64,000 nt of DNA from Promethearchaeota archaeon. GTDB lineage: Archaea > Asgardarchaeota > Lokiarchaeia > Sigyniarchaeales > SOKP01. Below, piece after piece: positions 39,363 to 48,826 of the stretch (its first letter is position 1; every line of letters starts with the position of its first letter). Both the position numbers and the translations under genes were made by a program. The notes under the pieces are model-generated. The model searched no databases. It was given only the letters and a program-made list of their open reading frames with translations, and had not been told where the DNA came from. The DNA is taken from positions 1 through 64,000 of the forward strand of contig JBHLOY010000005.1 in the NCBI GenBank assembly GCA_048939995.1, given 5' to 3'.

Positions 39363-40400
39363 ATGAGTTTTTCATTATTTAACCTAGAAAAAATTAAAGA
39401 GTTAAAATCTCCTATTAATGATCTTCAAATTCAACTTAATAAATTGAATGAAATTAAGAAGAAAGTGATTGAAAAGAAGAAATTTCTTAATGAGATCTTT
39501 TCTAAGGATGCTATAATTGATCAATATGAAGATTTAATAGGCATTATTAACCATATAGACAATAAATTGCTTGAGATTTTGAAAATAAACGTGAATCTAT
39601 CTCACTTTTACAATGATAATCTAATAGAGAAATATAAAGAAAATATCAAACAAAAATTAAAACTGGTAAAAATTGATGAGAACCTAACAAAAAAAATCGG
39701 AATAAATTTAATAGAAAATAAGAAAGTCTCCAAGATTATTAATAAAGTAACATATATTTCTTCCATTACTTTAAACCAATGGGTAGATATTATTGATTCA
39801 CTTAAACAGTATTCAATATTCTTGAAAACTATTAATAAAGTTTCCAAATTTTACAATCTCTTGATTCAAGAGAAACTCGATAAGAATTTAACTGAAATTC
39901 CTCAAGGTACGGATGAAAATTTGATACAAGATTATAAACAAAAATTTCTAGAAGATCCGAACATAACTTTTTTTCAATTTATTCAGAATATAGAACGCAG
40001 ACTTTCTACTCAAGATTTGACAATAACAAGGGAGTTTATTAAGAAAAATAAGGAAAAGGAAGAAATTGAAAAATTAAAGAAAAAGCAACAAGAACAACAA
40101 GAGGCATATGAAAATTATTTAATCCTATCCAACGGTGAATTCGAAAGATTAAGACGTAAAAAAAAAAGGCAAAAATTAAAAGATGTCTCTATTAAACAAA
40201 TAAGTGAAGATAAAATTGAAATTCCTGAAGATGTTTCGAAAAAAATAGAGGAATTTAAGTCCCAATTCGAAAGCTCTTTCAAACATAAAAAATTTGTTGA
40301 AGAAAATGAAAATAAAGATCCTTTAGAGTTAATTCGTGAAAGAAAGAATAAGAAAGAAAAAGAATATAAGAAATTCAAAAAGCATATTGAAAATACGTGA
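39363..40400 (+). CDS. coiled-coil protein
   Basis: K/E-rich heptads. Confidence 0.75.
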   Translation: MSFSLFNLEKIKELKSPINDLQIQLNKLNEIKKKVIEKKKFLNEIFSKDAIIDQYEDLIGIINHIDNKLLEILKINVNLSHFYNDNLIEKYKENIKQKLKLVKIDENLTKKIGINLIENKKVSKIINKVTYISSITLNQWVDIIDSLKQYSIFLKTINKVSKFYNLLIQEKLDKNLTEIPQGTDENLIQDYKQKFLEDPNITFFQFIQNIERRLSTQDLTITREFIKKNKEKEEIEKLKKKQQEQQEAYENYLILSNGEFERLRRKKKRQKLKDVSIKQISEDKIEIPEDVSKKIEEFKSQFESSFKHKKFVEENENKDPLELIRERKNKKEKEYKKFKKHIENT

Positions 40401-42009
40401 TTCTGAAATTCAGAAAAATGATTTTGTGATTAGTATAGGTTCCAAAGAAATAATTTTAACAGATAAGTTCAGTTTAATTAAGGGTAAATTCAAAATCAAC
40501 ATGATATGTCAACATAAACTCAAAAATTTCATAGAATTAGGAGCTAATTTGGATTTAATTCCGCTAGAAAAATTCCTAAATACTTTATATGGTGCTAAAA
40601 AGAAAAAAGAATTAAACAAAATTTCGGGGCTTTTGGAATTTATAAATAATCAAAGTAAAACTATTAGAGAAAATTTGAATTTTGTTTCTGAATATATTAA
40701 CATTTTAAAATTAATACTTTTGACTACAGAGATAAATTCATTAAAAAAAAAGAAAGAAACTTTAGAAAAAGAGTCTGAAATTGCCAAAACTTATAAAGAT
40801 TCAAGAGATTTGAACGCAATTTCAGATTTATTAACGAAGATAAAGAAATCAATAGAAGATAATAAAAAAAGAGCTTCATATTTAGAGGAAGACTATTCTT
40901 TGCAGAGAAATCAAATTGAACAAATTGAGAAAAATATTAGTAATTACGATTTAGAAATCGATAAATTAAATTCTCAGATGAAAATGTGCTTTACTCAAAT
41001 TAATCAAATCTCCCGTTTAACTGAAATATCATCAGAAGACAATAAAAATGAAGCTCTAAAAAGTTTAGGAATTAAAATTGATCTCTCTAATTCAGAGAAG
41101 ATTCGTATGCTACAGTTAAAAGCAAAAGAAATCTCCTACAATATTAAGCAAGCGAAGTCTATAAAAGAAGATCTAGTATTGAAGCTTAATAGATTATATC
41201 CAAAATATGAAATCTATAAGAAGGATTACGATAAGCTTATATCTATAATTGAAAGAGATAATGGAAAGATCAATGAGTTAGAAAATGAATTGAAAAAGAA
41301 ATTAAGAGAAAAGAGTGGAAATTTGACTGAAGAAATCAGTGATCTGAATACTTTAAGACCATTAAATCAAATCGACGAGGATATTAAGGAAGTGGATAAA
41401 AAATTAAATGAAATAATACAATCAAATAAATTAGTAGGAATTAAAGATTGGCAGGATCTATTATCTATAAAAGAAAAACTAGGTAATTTTTCCAATCAAA
41501 TCTCAAAAAAAGCTAATGAATTAACTATAAACGATAATAAGTCTATATTTTTGGAAGCACTCCATAGTTATAGAAAATTTGAACTAATCCTAAATGAAAT
41601 TGAAAAAACAATTAATTATTTTTTGTTGGAGATCAAAATTTTGAGTCAATTTAAAATTGTAACTAATGAAACTAATACTAGCTTTCTTATCAAGACTTTA
41701 CTTAAAAAAAATAATAATAAAGAAATAACATTGATGGAGTTGACAACTCCAGAAAAAGTGTTCTTCACTGTAGCTTTATACTTATCACTATGTATTGTTT
41801 TGAACCAGAAATACATAATATTTTCAAATTTATTCATTCCAAATGACTATAATAAGAGCGGTTCTATTTTAAGAGCATTTAGAAAAATTCTACCAATATT
41901 TAAAAAAATTGACATGTTAAGTAATTTTAATTTAATTCTAATACTTTCAAATATAGAAATTAAAAAACAAATTGAAGATATAAAAATTATAGAAATTAAG
42001 GAAAATTGA
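40387..42009 (+). CDS. long coiled-coil protein with degenerate SMC/ABC-like C-terminal head (start probably TTG 40387)
   Basis: About 350 aa of coiled coil then LMELTTPEKVFFTVALYLSL...YIIFSN...LILILSN. Confidence 0.7.
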   Translation: MKIRDSEIQKNDFVISIGSKEIILTDKFSLIKGKFKINMICQHKLKNFIELGANLDLIPLEKFLNTLYGAKKKKELNKISGLLEFINNQSKTIRENLNFVSEYINILKLILLTTEINSLKKKKETLEKESEIAKTYKDSRDLNAISDLLTKIKKSIEDNKKRASYLEEDYSLQRNQIEQIEKNISNYDLEIDKLNSQMKMCFTQINQISRLTEISSEDNKNEALKSLGIKIDLSNSEKIRMLQLKAKEISYNIKQAKSIKEDLVLKLNRLYPKYEIYKKDYDKLISIIERDNGKINELENELKKKLREKSGNLTEEISDLNTLRPLNQIDEDIKEVDKKLNEIIQSNKLVGIKDWQDLLSIKEKLGNFSNQISKKANELTINDNKSIFLEALHSYRKFELILNEIEKTINYFLLEIKILSQFKIVTNETNTSFLIKTLLKKNNNKEITLMELTTPEKVFFTVALYLSLCIVLNQKYIIFSNLFIPNDYNKSGSILRAFRKILPIFKKIDMLSNFNLILILSNIEIKKQIEDIKIIEIKEN

Positions 42010-42018
42010 TTTATTATC

Positions 42019-42492
42019 ATGGAAGAGCTAGTTAAATTAATAACGAACACGATCTTGACGCAACCTCAGAAAATGATTAGAGAGGAAGATCTCAAGAATT
42101 TATGCAAAAATTATGATTTTGATAAAATTATAAGTGAAGTCTATCTCAATCTAAAGAATGTAGGCTTTGAATTTATTAAATCGAAATTTCTCAATGAAAC
42201 ATTCTATATTCTAACTTCTGAAGGAAAAGATGATACAATTTCAGCATCACAATATGGTACATTGGCGTTAATTCTTGCTATCAGCAAAGAGATTGATGAT
42301 AAATTGAAATTTGAAGATCTAAAAGAGATTTTTTCTGAAGTGTGGGAATCTGACATAGAATTTTTAATTAGAAAGGATTATTTAAGAAAAATAGAAGATT
42401 CAAATATTTTGTCAGTAACTCCTCAAGGAAAAGCATTAATGAAAAATATTATTCAAAACTTAAATTTAAAGAATTTATTAGATCTTTTTTAA
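42019..42492 (+). CDS. tandem winged-helix protein (ScpB/kite-like)
   Basis: 157 aa; ISASQYGTLALILA..LKFEDLKEIF..IEFLIRKDYLRK..VTPQGK. Confidence 0.65.
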   Translation: MEELVKLITNTILTQPQKMIREEDLKNLCKNYDFDKIISEVYLNLKNVGFEFIKSKFLNETFYILTSEGKDDTISASQYGTLALILAISKEIDDKLKFEDLKEIFSEVWESDIEFLIRKDYLRKIEDSNILSVTPQGKALMKNIIQNLNLKNLLDLF

Positions 42493-42506
42493 AAAGTTAA
42501 ACAAAC

Positions 42507-42935
42507 TCATTCTTTTGAAGGATTTTCGATATCTAATTTAAATTGATCATATATTTTTTTTACTCGTTCCGCAGATGGACCTGTACCGCGTACACCATTT
42601 TCATCGACTATAATTTTACCATTTAATATTGAAATTATATTCTGATCTGTAATATAATTTACATGACCTTTTGAGAAGATAGTAGCGATTCGATCTGCCA
42701 GAGCCTGCATAGGAAAGGGTTCTTCTTCCACAGTAACATAAAAGTAAAAAGTACTTCTTATCAAAACCTTTGGAAACTCTTTATTCTTTTCATTTTTTGC
42801 ATTTTCAAGGATTAAATTAGAATCTTCACTCACTCCCTTCAATAATCCCACAAAAAATTTATCCTTGTCAAGATAGACCTTTACAATTTTGTCTATTAAT
42901 GTTTGCAGTTCTGTATTATATTGTCTTAAGGACAT
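42507..42935 (-). CDS. Sm/Lsm family RNA-binding protein with C-terminal domain (SmAP3-like)
   Basis: Sm fold (V.V.L..F.G.L.G....NLILENA..VLIR) plus PFPMQALADRI..F..IIVDENGV.GTGPSAERV. Confidence 0.85.
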   Translation of the reverse strand: MSLRQYNTELQTLIDKIVKVYLDKDKFFVGLLKGVSEDSNLILENAKNEKNKEFPKVLIRSTFYFYVTVEEEPFPMQALADRIATIFSKGHVNYITDQNIISILNGKIIVDENGVRGTGPSAERVKKIYDQFKLDIENPSKE

Positions 42936-43004
42936 TGTAGTTCAGTATTTTTATTATTATTATTATTAATATTGTTTTACATTTATTCTTAATTTAAAAT
43001 TAAA

Positions 43005-43664
43005 CTACTTTTTAAATAAAGTCTCTATCAATTCTGGTATACCCTCCCCTGTTATTGCGCTAGATTTTATGAGTTTAATGTGAGGATTTATTCCCATAGC
43101 ATCATTTATCATTTTATCTATATTAACTTCAACTACATCTAATAAATCGATTTTATTTATTACAGCCAAATCAGACATCTTAAAAAGCATAGGATGTTTT
43201 TCTATAACCCACTCACCTTCAGTAATAGATACGACACATACTCTTTTTTCAGCGCCTAAAATAAAATCTGATGGACAAATGAGATTTCCGACATTTTCAA
43301 TGAAAATTACATTATATCTACTGATGTCATGATTTTTAACTACTTGGGAGATATGATATGAGTTTAAAGCGCATTCTTTACCAGTGTTAATTTGAATTGT
43401 TTTAACACCATGTTTTTCAATGCGATTTGCATCCACACGAGTTGTAACATCACCATTAATTACTAGAATTTGCTTTTCGTTGGAAATTTTTTTGACTATT
43501 ACTTCAATTAGGGCAGTTTTGCCAGCACCAATCGCTCCAACAATTTCAAAACAACGAACTTTATTCCTTTTAAATTTTCTTGAGTTCTGCTGGGCTAACT
43601 CTTCATTATTTTTTATTAAATCTTCATTTAATTCAATGATTTTCGAAAATTCTTCTTTTGGCAT
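43005..43664 (-). CDS. hypB: hydrogenase nickel incorporation GTPase HypB
   Basis: GAIGAGKT, QINTG..C, IENVGNLICP, SITEGE, NKID. Confidence 0.92.
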   Translation of the reverse strand: MPKEEFSKIIELNEDLIKNNEELAQQNSRKFKRNKVRCFEIVGAIGAGKTALIEVIVKKISNEKQILVINGDVTTRVDANRIEKHGVKTIQINTGKECALNSYHISQVVKNHDISRYNVIFIENVGNLICPSDFILGAEKRVCVVSITEGEWVIEKHPMLFKMSDLAVINKIDLLDVVEVNIDKMINDAMGINPHIKLIKSSAITGEGIPELIETLFKK

Positions 43665-43738
43665 GAGATATAACTAATTATAATTAAAGTTAAAAGAATA
43701 AATTAAAAATCATTGATATTTTTTTTTATTTCTCTATC

Positions 43739-44677
43739 TTAAGATAGATTCCAATCAAATTTATAAACTAAATAAGAAAATAATATCCCTCCAAGTTCTG
43801 GAATATAATATAATATATAATATGGAGCTATAAATCCATAAAATAGTACTGGCAATAAACGGATTACGACTATTATTATGAGAAACGTTCTACCCTTTAA
43901 TCTGATGGGGAAAAAATAGAAAAAAGCAGTTATTTCTCTATTAGCATTCGGAAGTATCATGTAGGATAATAATCCATAAATTCCTCCCCAAGCAAAACCT
44001 GCATAGAAGATTGACCATTCTAATGGATATAAATTAATTAAAGCTAATCTTAGTAATATAAATATTAACATAGAAGTTATAGAACTAAGTAAGAAAAGCT
44101 TAATTAAAAAGGATGTCCCATAATTTAACTCAATACTTCGAGAGATAAAAAATAAAAAAAATATCATTATAATAAAGAAAAAAAATCCAAAAAGATCAAA
44201 AACGTTGTATATAAAAAGACTGGTAAGAATAGTATGGAATAAATAATCAAAGATCAAGAAATTTAAGTCAAAAAAAATATATTTTCCAAAACCATAAGAT
44301 AAAAGAATGAAACCTAAGATCGAAAATCCCAGGATTAAACCCATTAGAATTTTTGTGCCTTTAATTCGTGACCTTCCCCAAATAGAAGGCTGGGATCGTT
44401 TTTTTAATAATTTTACTTCTCTTTCTTGACGTTTTAAATATTTTTTCAATGCTTTTGGTGCTTTAAATGAGCCTTCTTGTACAGTTACTTTAGATTCTTT
44501 ATTAGTATACGTAGGAATCTCCTTGACATCAACTGGGACTAATGGTACATGTTTCAATTCAAACGTACATTGATGATTTTCAGGTAATCTATGTTTTTTA
44601 CAGAACGTTCCCCCACAATATTTACATTTGAAGGGTAAATAACCAATTTTTTCTCCACAATGTTCACAAAAAGCCAA
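43739..44677 (-). CDS. AN1 zinc finger fused to a rhomboid-like membrane domain lacking catalytic residues
   Basis: [28 protein letters not shown]; TILTSLF, SIELNYG..F; GFAWGG in place of GxSG; PELGG in place of HLGG. Confidence 0.75.
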   Translation of the reverse strand: MAFCEHCGEKIGYLPFKCKYCGGTFCKKHRLPENHQCTFELKHVPLVPVDVKEIPTYTNKESKVTVQEGSFKAPKALKKYLKRQEREVKLLKKRSQPSIWGRSRIKGTKILMGLILGFSILGFILLSYGFGKYIFFDLNFLIFDYLFHTILTSLFIYNVFDLFGFFFFIIMIFFLFFISRSIELNYGTSFLIKLFLLSSITSMLIFILLRLALINLYPLEWSIFYAGFAWGGIYGLLSYMILPNANREITAFFYFFPIRLKGRTFLIIIVVIRLLPVLFYGFIAPYYILYYIPELGGILFSYLVYKFDWNLS

Positions 44678-44775
44678 TCCTACTCACTTTTAAAGATTAA
44701 TAAAAATTAATATAGTTTATTAAAAAACTTTTTACTTCATAATTCTTTTGATTGTTTTTTAATATTACTTTTTGA

Positions 44776-45738
44776 TTAGTGTGGGATATATGGATTGATA
44801 TCAAATGGAGCAAAAATACTCCAAAGAGTAATAATCAAGAGAATAAGCAGTGGTACCATTAAAAAAATATAAATCTTCTTATTCCATTTCCAAATGTTCT
44901 GACCGTCTAAAATTCCAAATGGTAGCATGTTAAACGCACCTAACATAAAATTAAAATAAGCAGCGTAACCAATAAAGCTATTTAGAGGATATGAACCTTT
45001 TGGAATTAGAAAAGATATAAGGAGAAGTATTGAGCCATAAATTAAATTGATAAAAGGTCCTGCTGCTTTGCATAAGCCAGTTTTTCTACTGACTTTATCT
45101 AAACCCAAAACTACAACCGCTCCAGGTAGTGCGAGCATGGGTAATCCTGGTGATGATGTGAATAATCCATACAATCCAATTATAATGCTAAAACCAGTTA
45201 ATAACATTCCAAATGTGAGTAGTCTAAATTTGGTTTGAAGTCCAAAATGAATTGCAACTTGACGATGCCCTAATTCATGAAAAAGGAAAGTAGTCATATA
45301 AAAAGTAGCTAACATAAATAAAGCCCATGTATAATTAAGATAAATGAGTTCGAAGAACGAAATAAATCCTATAATGAATATTAGGGCAGTACCAATTAAG
45401 AAATGTAGAAGCTCTGACTTATGTGCTAATAAAATTCCCTTAAATTCAATTCCAGATTCTGGATCAAATGCATCATCAGGTATGGATTTTTCTTGGCGAT
45501 ACCAAGTATATGTTCCATCTGTTGTGCCTCGAATGGGAACATCTGAGGATATGAACTGTTGAGTGGGTGGGGTTGTTACAAAATGAGTAGAAGGTGCTTG
45601 ATATGATTTTAAATTTGCTATTACAATATCACATTCATGATCAAGTGGATCTTTATGAAAGCTACAGTAGTTTTGCTGACATTTACTGCAATGATATAGA
45701 TTGTTTGTTTCTCTTCCACAATGATAACATAACGGCAT
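44776..45738 (-). CDS. AN1-like zinc finger fused to an M50 site-2 protease
   Basis: CYHC..CSKC..YC..H..H.C; HELGH, AAGP..N, FNMLPFGILDG. Confidence 0.9.
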   Translation of the reverse strand: MPLCYHCGRETNNLYHCSKCQQNYCSFHKDPLDHECDIVIANLKSYQAPSTHFVTTPPTQQFISSDVPIRGTTDGTYTWYRQEKSIPDDAFDPESGIEFKGILLAHKSELLHFLIGTALIFIIGFISFFELIYLNYTWALFMLATFYMTTFLFHELGHRQVAIHFGLQTKFRLLTFGMLLTGFSIIIGLYGLFTSSPGLPMLALPGAVVVLGLDKVSRKTGLCKAAGPFINLIYGSILLLISFLIPKGSYPLNSFIGYAAYFNFMLGAFNMLPFGILDGQNIWKWNKKIYIFLMVPLLILLIITLWSIFAPFDINPYIPH

Positions 45739-45907
45739 TTATCGCTTACCCTTATTTTTTATATAATTACTATAAGAATTTACTATTGATATAAAATTTA
45801 ATATTAATAATTTTAAGCCTAAATTTAAATCAAGGTTTTGATATCTAATTATTTAAATAAGATATTAAATCTATAACAGATAGTAATTTCTTTAAAAAAT
45901 TGAAACC

Positions 45908-46033
45908 ATGAACGAAGAAGAACTTAATGATCAAGAAGACATAGAAGATGAAAGGGAAAAATTGAAGACCTTGGGAGTAAAAAGTACATGGAATATACTA
46001 ACTGATTTAACAAAAAAGAAAAAAGAAAATTAG
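45908..46033 (+). CDS. 41-aa small protein
   Basis: MNEEELNDQEDIEDEREKLKTLGVKSTWNILTDLTKKKKEN; purine-rich ORF in an intergenic gap. Confidence 0.5.
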   Translation: MNEEELNDQEDIEDEREKLKTLGVKSTWNILTDLTKKKKEN

Positions 46034-46169
46034 AGCTGGATTGTTATATTATATATTAAATTATAACTTATTTTTTAATAATACGGGGGCCTTATTTTCA
46101 TAAATTAAATTAATAATTAATCATTACATTTATTTATAGACTTAGAAGAGTATAAAGAAGTGAGGCCAA

Positions 46170-46400
46170 ACGGGTAAAAACGTATATTGCCCTATATGTG
46201 AACGGGAAGTACAATTAAGAAGGAAAAATTTTAATCATTTATATCATGAAGTTTTATTCTTTATGGTTATTCTTACCTTTGGACTAGGTTTCTTCGTCTA
46301 CCTTTTATTAAAATATTTGAAGAAAAAAGATAGATGCCCTAACTGTGAAACACGATTCGATATTGAAACTCTTAAACCTATCGATGTAGAAAAAAAGTAG
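46170..46400 (+). CDS. LITAF-like zinc-ribbon membrane protein (76 aa), probable ACG start
   Basis: (M)GKNVYCPICEREV...HEVLFFMVILTFGLGFFVYLLL...DRCPNCETRF; in-frame TGA at 46161 and no ATG/GTG/TTG before the first CxxC. Confidence 0.75.
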   Translation, partial: TGKNVYCPICEREVQLRRKNFNHLYHEVLFFMVILTFGLGFFVYLLLKYLKKKDRCPNCETRFDIETLKPIDVEKK

Positions 46401-46404
46401 ATCT

Positions 46405-46683
46405 TCATTTAATTTTCATTATACTCTTACATCTAGGACAAATTTTATCTTTATCTATCAAATTTTTCTTAATAATTGTTTTTTTATATTTGCATGTACT
46501 TTTAGGACATTCCAACTTAAATTTACTTAAACTTATAATTGGAGAGTCAACTAGCTCTAAGTTTCCTTTTGGCTCTGCACCGCTATTAAAATTATTTTTT
46601 CCTTTTTTCTGTTCAGTCTTAAATTGTTTAGCTTCACTTCTCTCATCTTTTTTTTCTGGTTTTAACCATTTTTCTAAGCTCAA
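46405..46683 (-). CDS. small C-terminal zinc-ribbon protein
   Basis: CPKSTC...CPRC. Confidence 0.75.
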   Translation of the reverse strand: MSLEKWLKPEKKDERSEAKQFKTEQKKGKNNFNSGAEPKGNLELVDSPIISLSKFKLECPKSTCKYKKTIIKKNLIDKDKICPRCKSIMKIK

Positions 46684-46755
46684 GGAACTCTCACATTTTG
46701 AGTTTTATAATAAATAAAAAGAATAAATAATAATATATTTAATCACGATAGAGTT

Positions 46756-48021
46756 TTAAAAAACTTGTTCTTCCCCAGCAATCAACCGTTTTCTTAATAA
46801 AATTAGTGAATCCTTCGATAATAGTTCTTCTGATACTTCTTTTGCTACTTTCTCAATACTTGAAAAGCTTACATTATTTGCTGGAATTAATGTTATGGAA
46901 TTCACCCAAGGATCAGTTATAGGTCTTCCTATTTGTGATAAAAGTTTAACATGGCATTCAATTATATCTCCCTCGCCTCTTTTGTAAATTTCTCGAGCGA
47001 TATTGGTAGCTGCGATATTGTATATTTTTCCCACATGGTTTATTGGATTTTTACCACAAACAGCTTCTAAACTCATTGGTCTACATGGAGTGATCAATCC
47101 ATTTGAACGATTGCCTCTTCCTACTTCTCCATCATCTCCGGATTCTGCTGATGTCCCTGTTATTGTAAGATATATTAAATTTTTTTCTAATATATCAGCA
47201 ACATTTATTTGACACGATACTTCTCTCTCTGGAATAGTTTTAGCAGCTAAATCTAATACAGCATCTTTAATTTGATTAACATTATTAATATATTCGTCAA
47301 TATCACTGACATATTTACTTATCATCGCAGCAGCTACAGTAATACCAACCTTATTTCCAACTCTCTCTGTCATTACTTTGACATCTTCTCCAGATGCTTT
47401 ACATTTATCTTTAAATTTGTTTGAATTGATCAACTTTTCGACTTCAAGAGTTATTCTCTCAGCATCTGAATAAGGAGCATAACCAACTCCAAAACTTGTG
47501 TCATTGGCAAGCGGTACATCTTCTGAATGGTGAGATTCATCAAAAACGCCTGTTAAGTCTGTTGAACCAGGTCTTACAGCATAATCAAACTGAATATCTT
47601 TATCCAAATTAAGATTTCTAAAAATATTTCCCATAACCTGACGTGAAGTATCAAGACAAATGGGAGCAACTGGAATATAATCTAATCTATTCTGATTTGG
47701 AGCACATTCTGTAAGAATTTGATTAATAGCTCTACCGACAATTAAAAAATATTGTGGTTGAATTATTTGTCCTCCATTAAACTCTGGTTTAGCCACACCG
47801 CCAACCAACGCAGCTTTATCAACATTGTGATGGTAAACACGTCCAAATTTATTTAAGTAATACAAGCATAACGCTCTTGAACAAGCGTCGGCAATTGCAT
47901 CACATACGCTATCTGGATGCCCAACTCCCTTCCTTTCGCAAATTTCTGGAAAATCAGAATGTTCAACAGCAAATTTAAGGTCAAGCTGATTAACTTTCAA
48001 CATATTACATAACCAAGTCAA
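46756..48021 (-). CDS. mat: archaeal-type methionine adenosyltransferase
   Basis: ERKGVGHPD, HHNVDK, ANDTSFGVG, GEDVKVM, GRGNR, GKNP.NHVGKIYN. Confidence 0.97.
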   Translation of the reverse strand: MTWLCNMLKVNQLDLKFAVEHSDFPEICERKGVGHPDSVCDAIADACSRALCLYYLNKFGRVYHHNVDKAALVGGVAKPEFNGGQIIQPQYFLIVGRAINQILTECAPNQNRLDYIPVAPICLDTSRQVMGNIFRNLNLDKDIQFDYAVRPGSTDLTGVFDESHHSEDVPLANDTSFGVGYAPYSDAERITLEVEKLINSNKFKDKCKASGEDVKVMTERVGNKVGITVAAAMISKYVSDIDEYINNVNQIKDAVLDLAAKTIPEREVSCQINVADILEKNLIYLTITGTSAESGDDGEVGRGNRSNGLITPCRPMSLEAVCGKNPINHVGKIYNIAATNIAREIYKRGEGDIIECHVKLLSQIGRPITDPWVNSITLIPANNVSFSSIEKVAKEVSEELLSKDSLILLRKRLIAGEEQVF

Positions 48022-48158
48022 ATTTGTTAAAACAATTATTATAGTATAAATTTAAATTCATAATCAAATATAATAATTATTAAAAAAAAAATGCATCTAA
48101 AGCATTTATTATGCTTTAAAATTATAGTAAAAAAACTTTATGCATAAGGTAGAGAACA

Positions 48159-48719
48159 ATTTTACCAGATTATAATAATATTAAACATTTGCGAAAAAGC
48201 CTAAATTTCAGTCAAAAAGAATTAGGAGAAAGATTAGGCATTCCACAATCAACAATTTCGAGAATAGAAAATGGGACAATAGATCCTCCCTATTCGAAAT
48301 TCAAAGTGATCTTTGAATTTTTAGAAAACGAAACCATGAAAAAATCAAAAGCAGAAATGGTTGCAAAAGATATTATGACAAGGAATATAATATCAATAAA
48401 GCCAAAATCCTCAATTAAAGAAGCTATAGAATTAATGTACGAAAATAGTATATCCCAACTACCAATAATAGATAATGGACAGAATCTTGGTAGCATAACC
48501 TCTAAAAAGATACAAAAAGAGATCACTGATAAACCGGAAATATTAAATATGGATATATCACTTCTAAAAGAACTACCCTTTCCGGAAGTTGAACTCAATT
48601 GGAATGCAAAGGATATTTCAAATTTACTAGGTAATTATCCTGCTATTCTTGTAAAAAAAAGTGATAATTATGTGGGAATAATAACAGATTCAGATTTTCT
48701 TAAGCTTATAACTAAATAA
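48159..48719 (+). CDS. XRE-HTH plus CBS-pair transcriptional regulator (probable ATT start at 48159)
   Basis: SQKELG...QSTISRIENGTIDPPYS and CBS ISQLPII; frame extends to ILPDYNNIKHLRK. Confidence 0.9.
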   Translation: MLPDYNNIKHLRKSLNFSQKELGERLGIPQSTISRIENGTIDPPYSKFKVIFEFLENETMKKSKAEMVAKDIMTRNIISIKPKSSIKEAIELMYENSISQLPIIDNGQNLGSITSKKIQKEITDKPEILNMDISLLKELPFPEVELNWNAKDISNLLGNYPAILVKKSDNYVGIITDSDFLKLITK

Positions 48720-48826
48720 AAGTCGTAGACAACATTGTTGTGTTTTAGAATTAAATTAATTAATATCAAATACATAATAATAATAAAGATTTTTATAGCC
48801 GCTAAATTTTTTATTAATGGGATTTA

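Noticed and set aside
40336-40400. Frameshift joining the two coiled-coil ORFs into one SMC-size protein
   Set aside because: An in-frame TTG at 40387 gives an ordinary 14-nt overlap; no Walker A in the upstream ORF
33650-42492. ESCRT/Cdv locus
   Set aside because: No Snf7/ESCRT-III-like sequence recognised and the ATPase lacks a MIT domain
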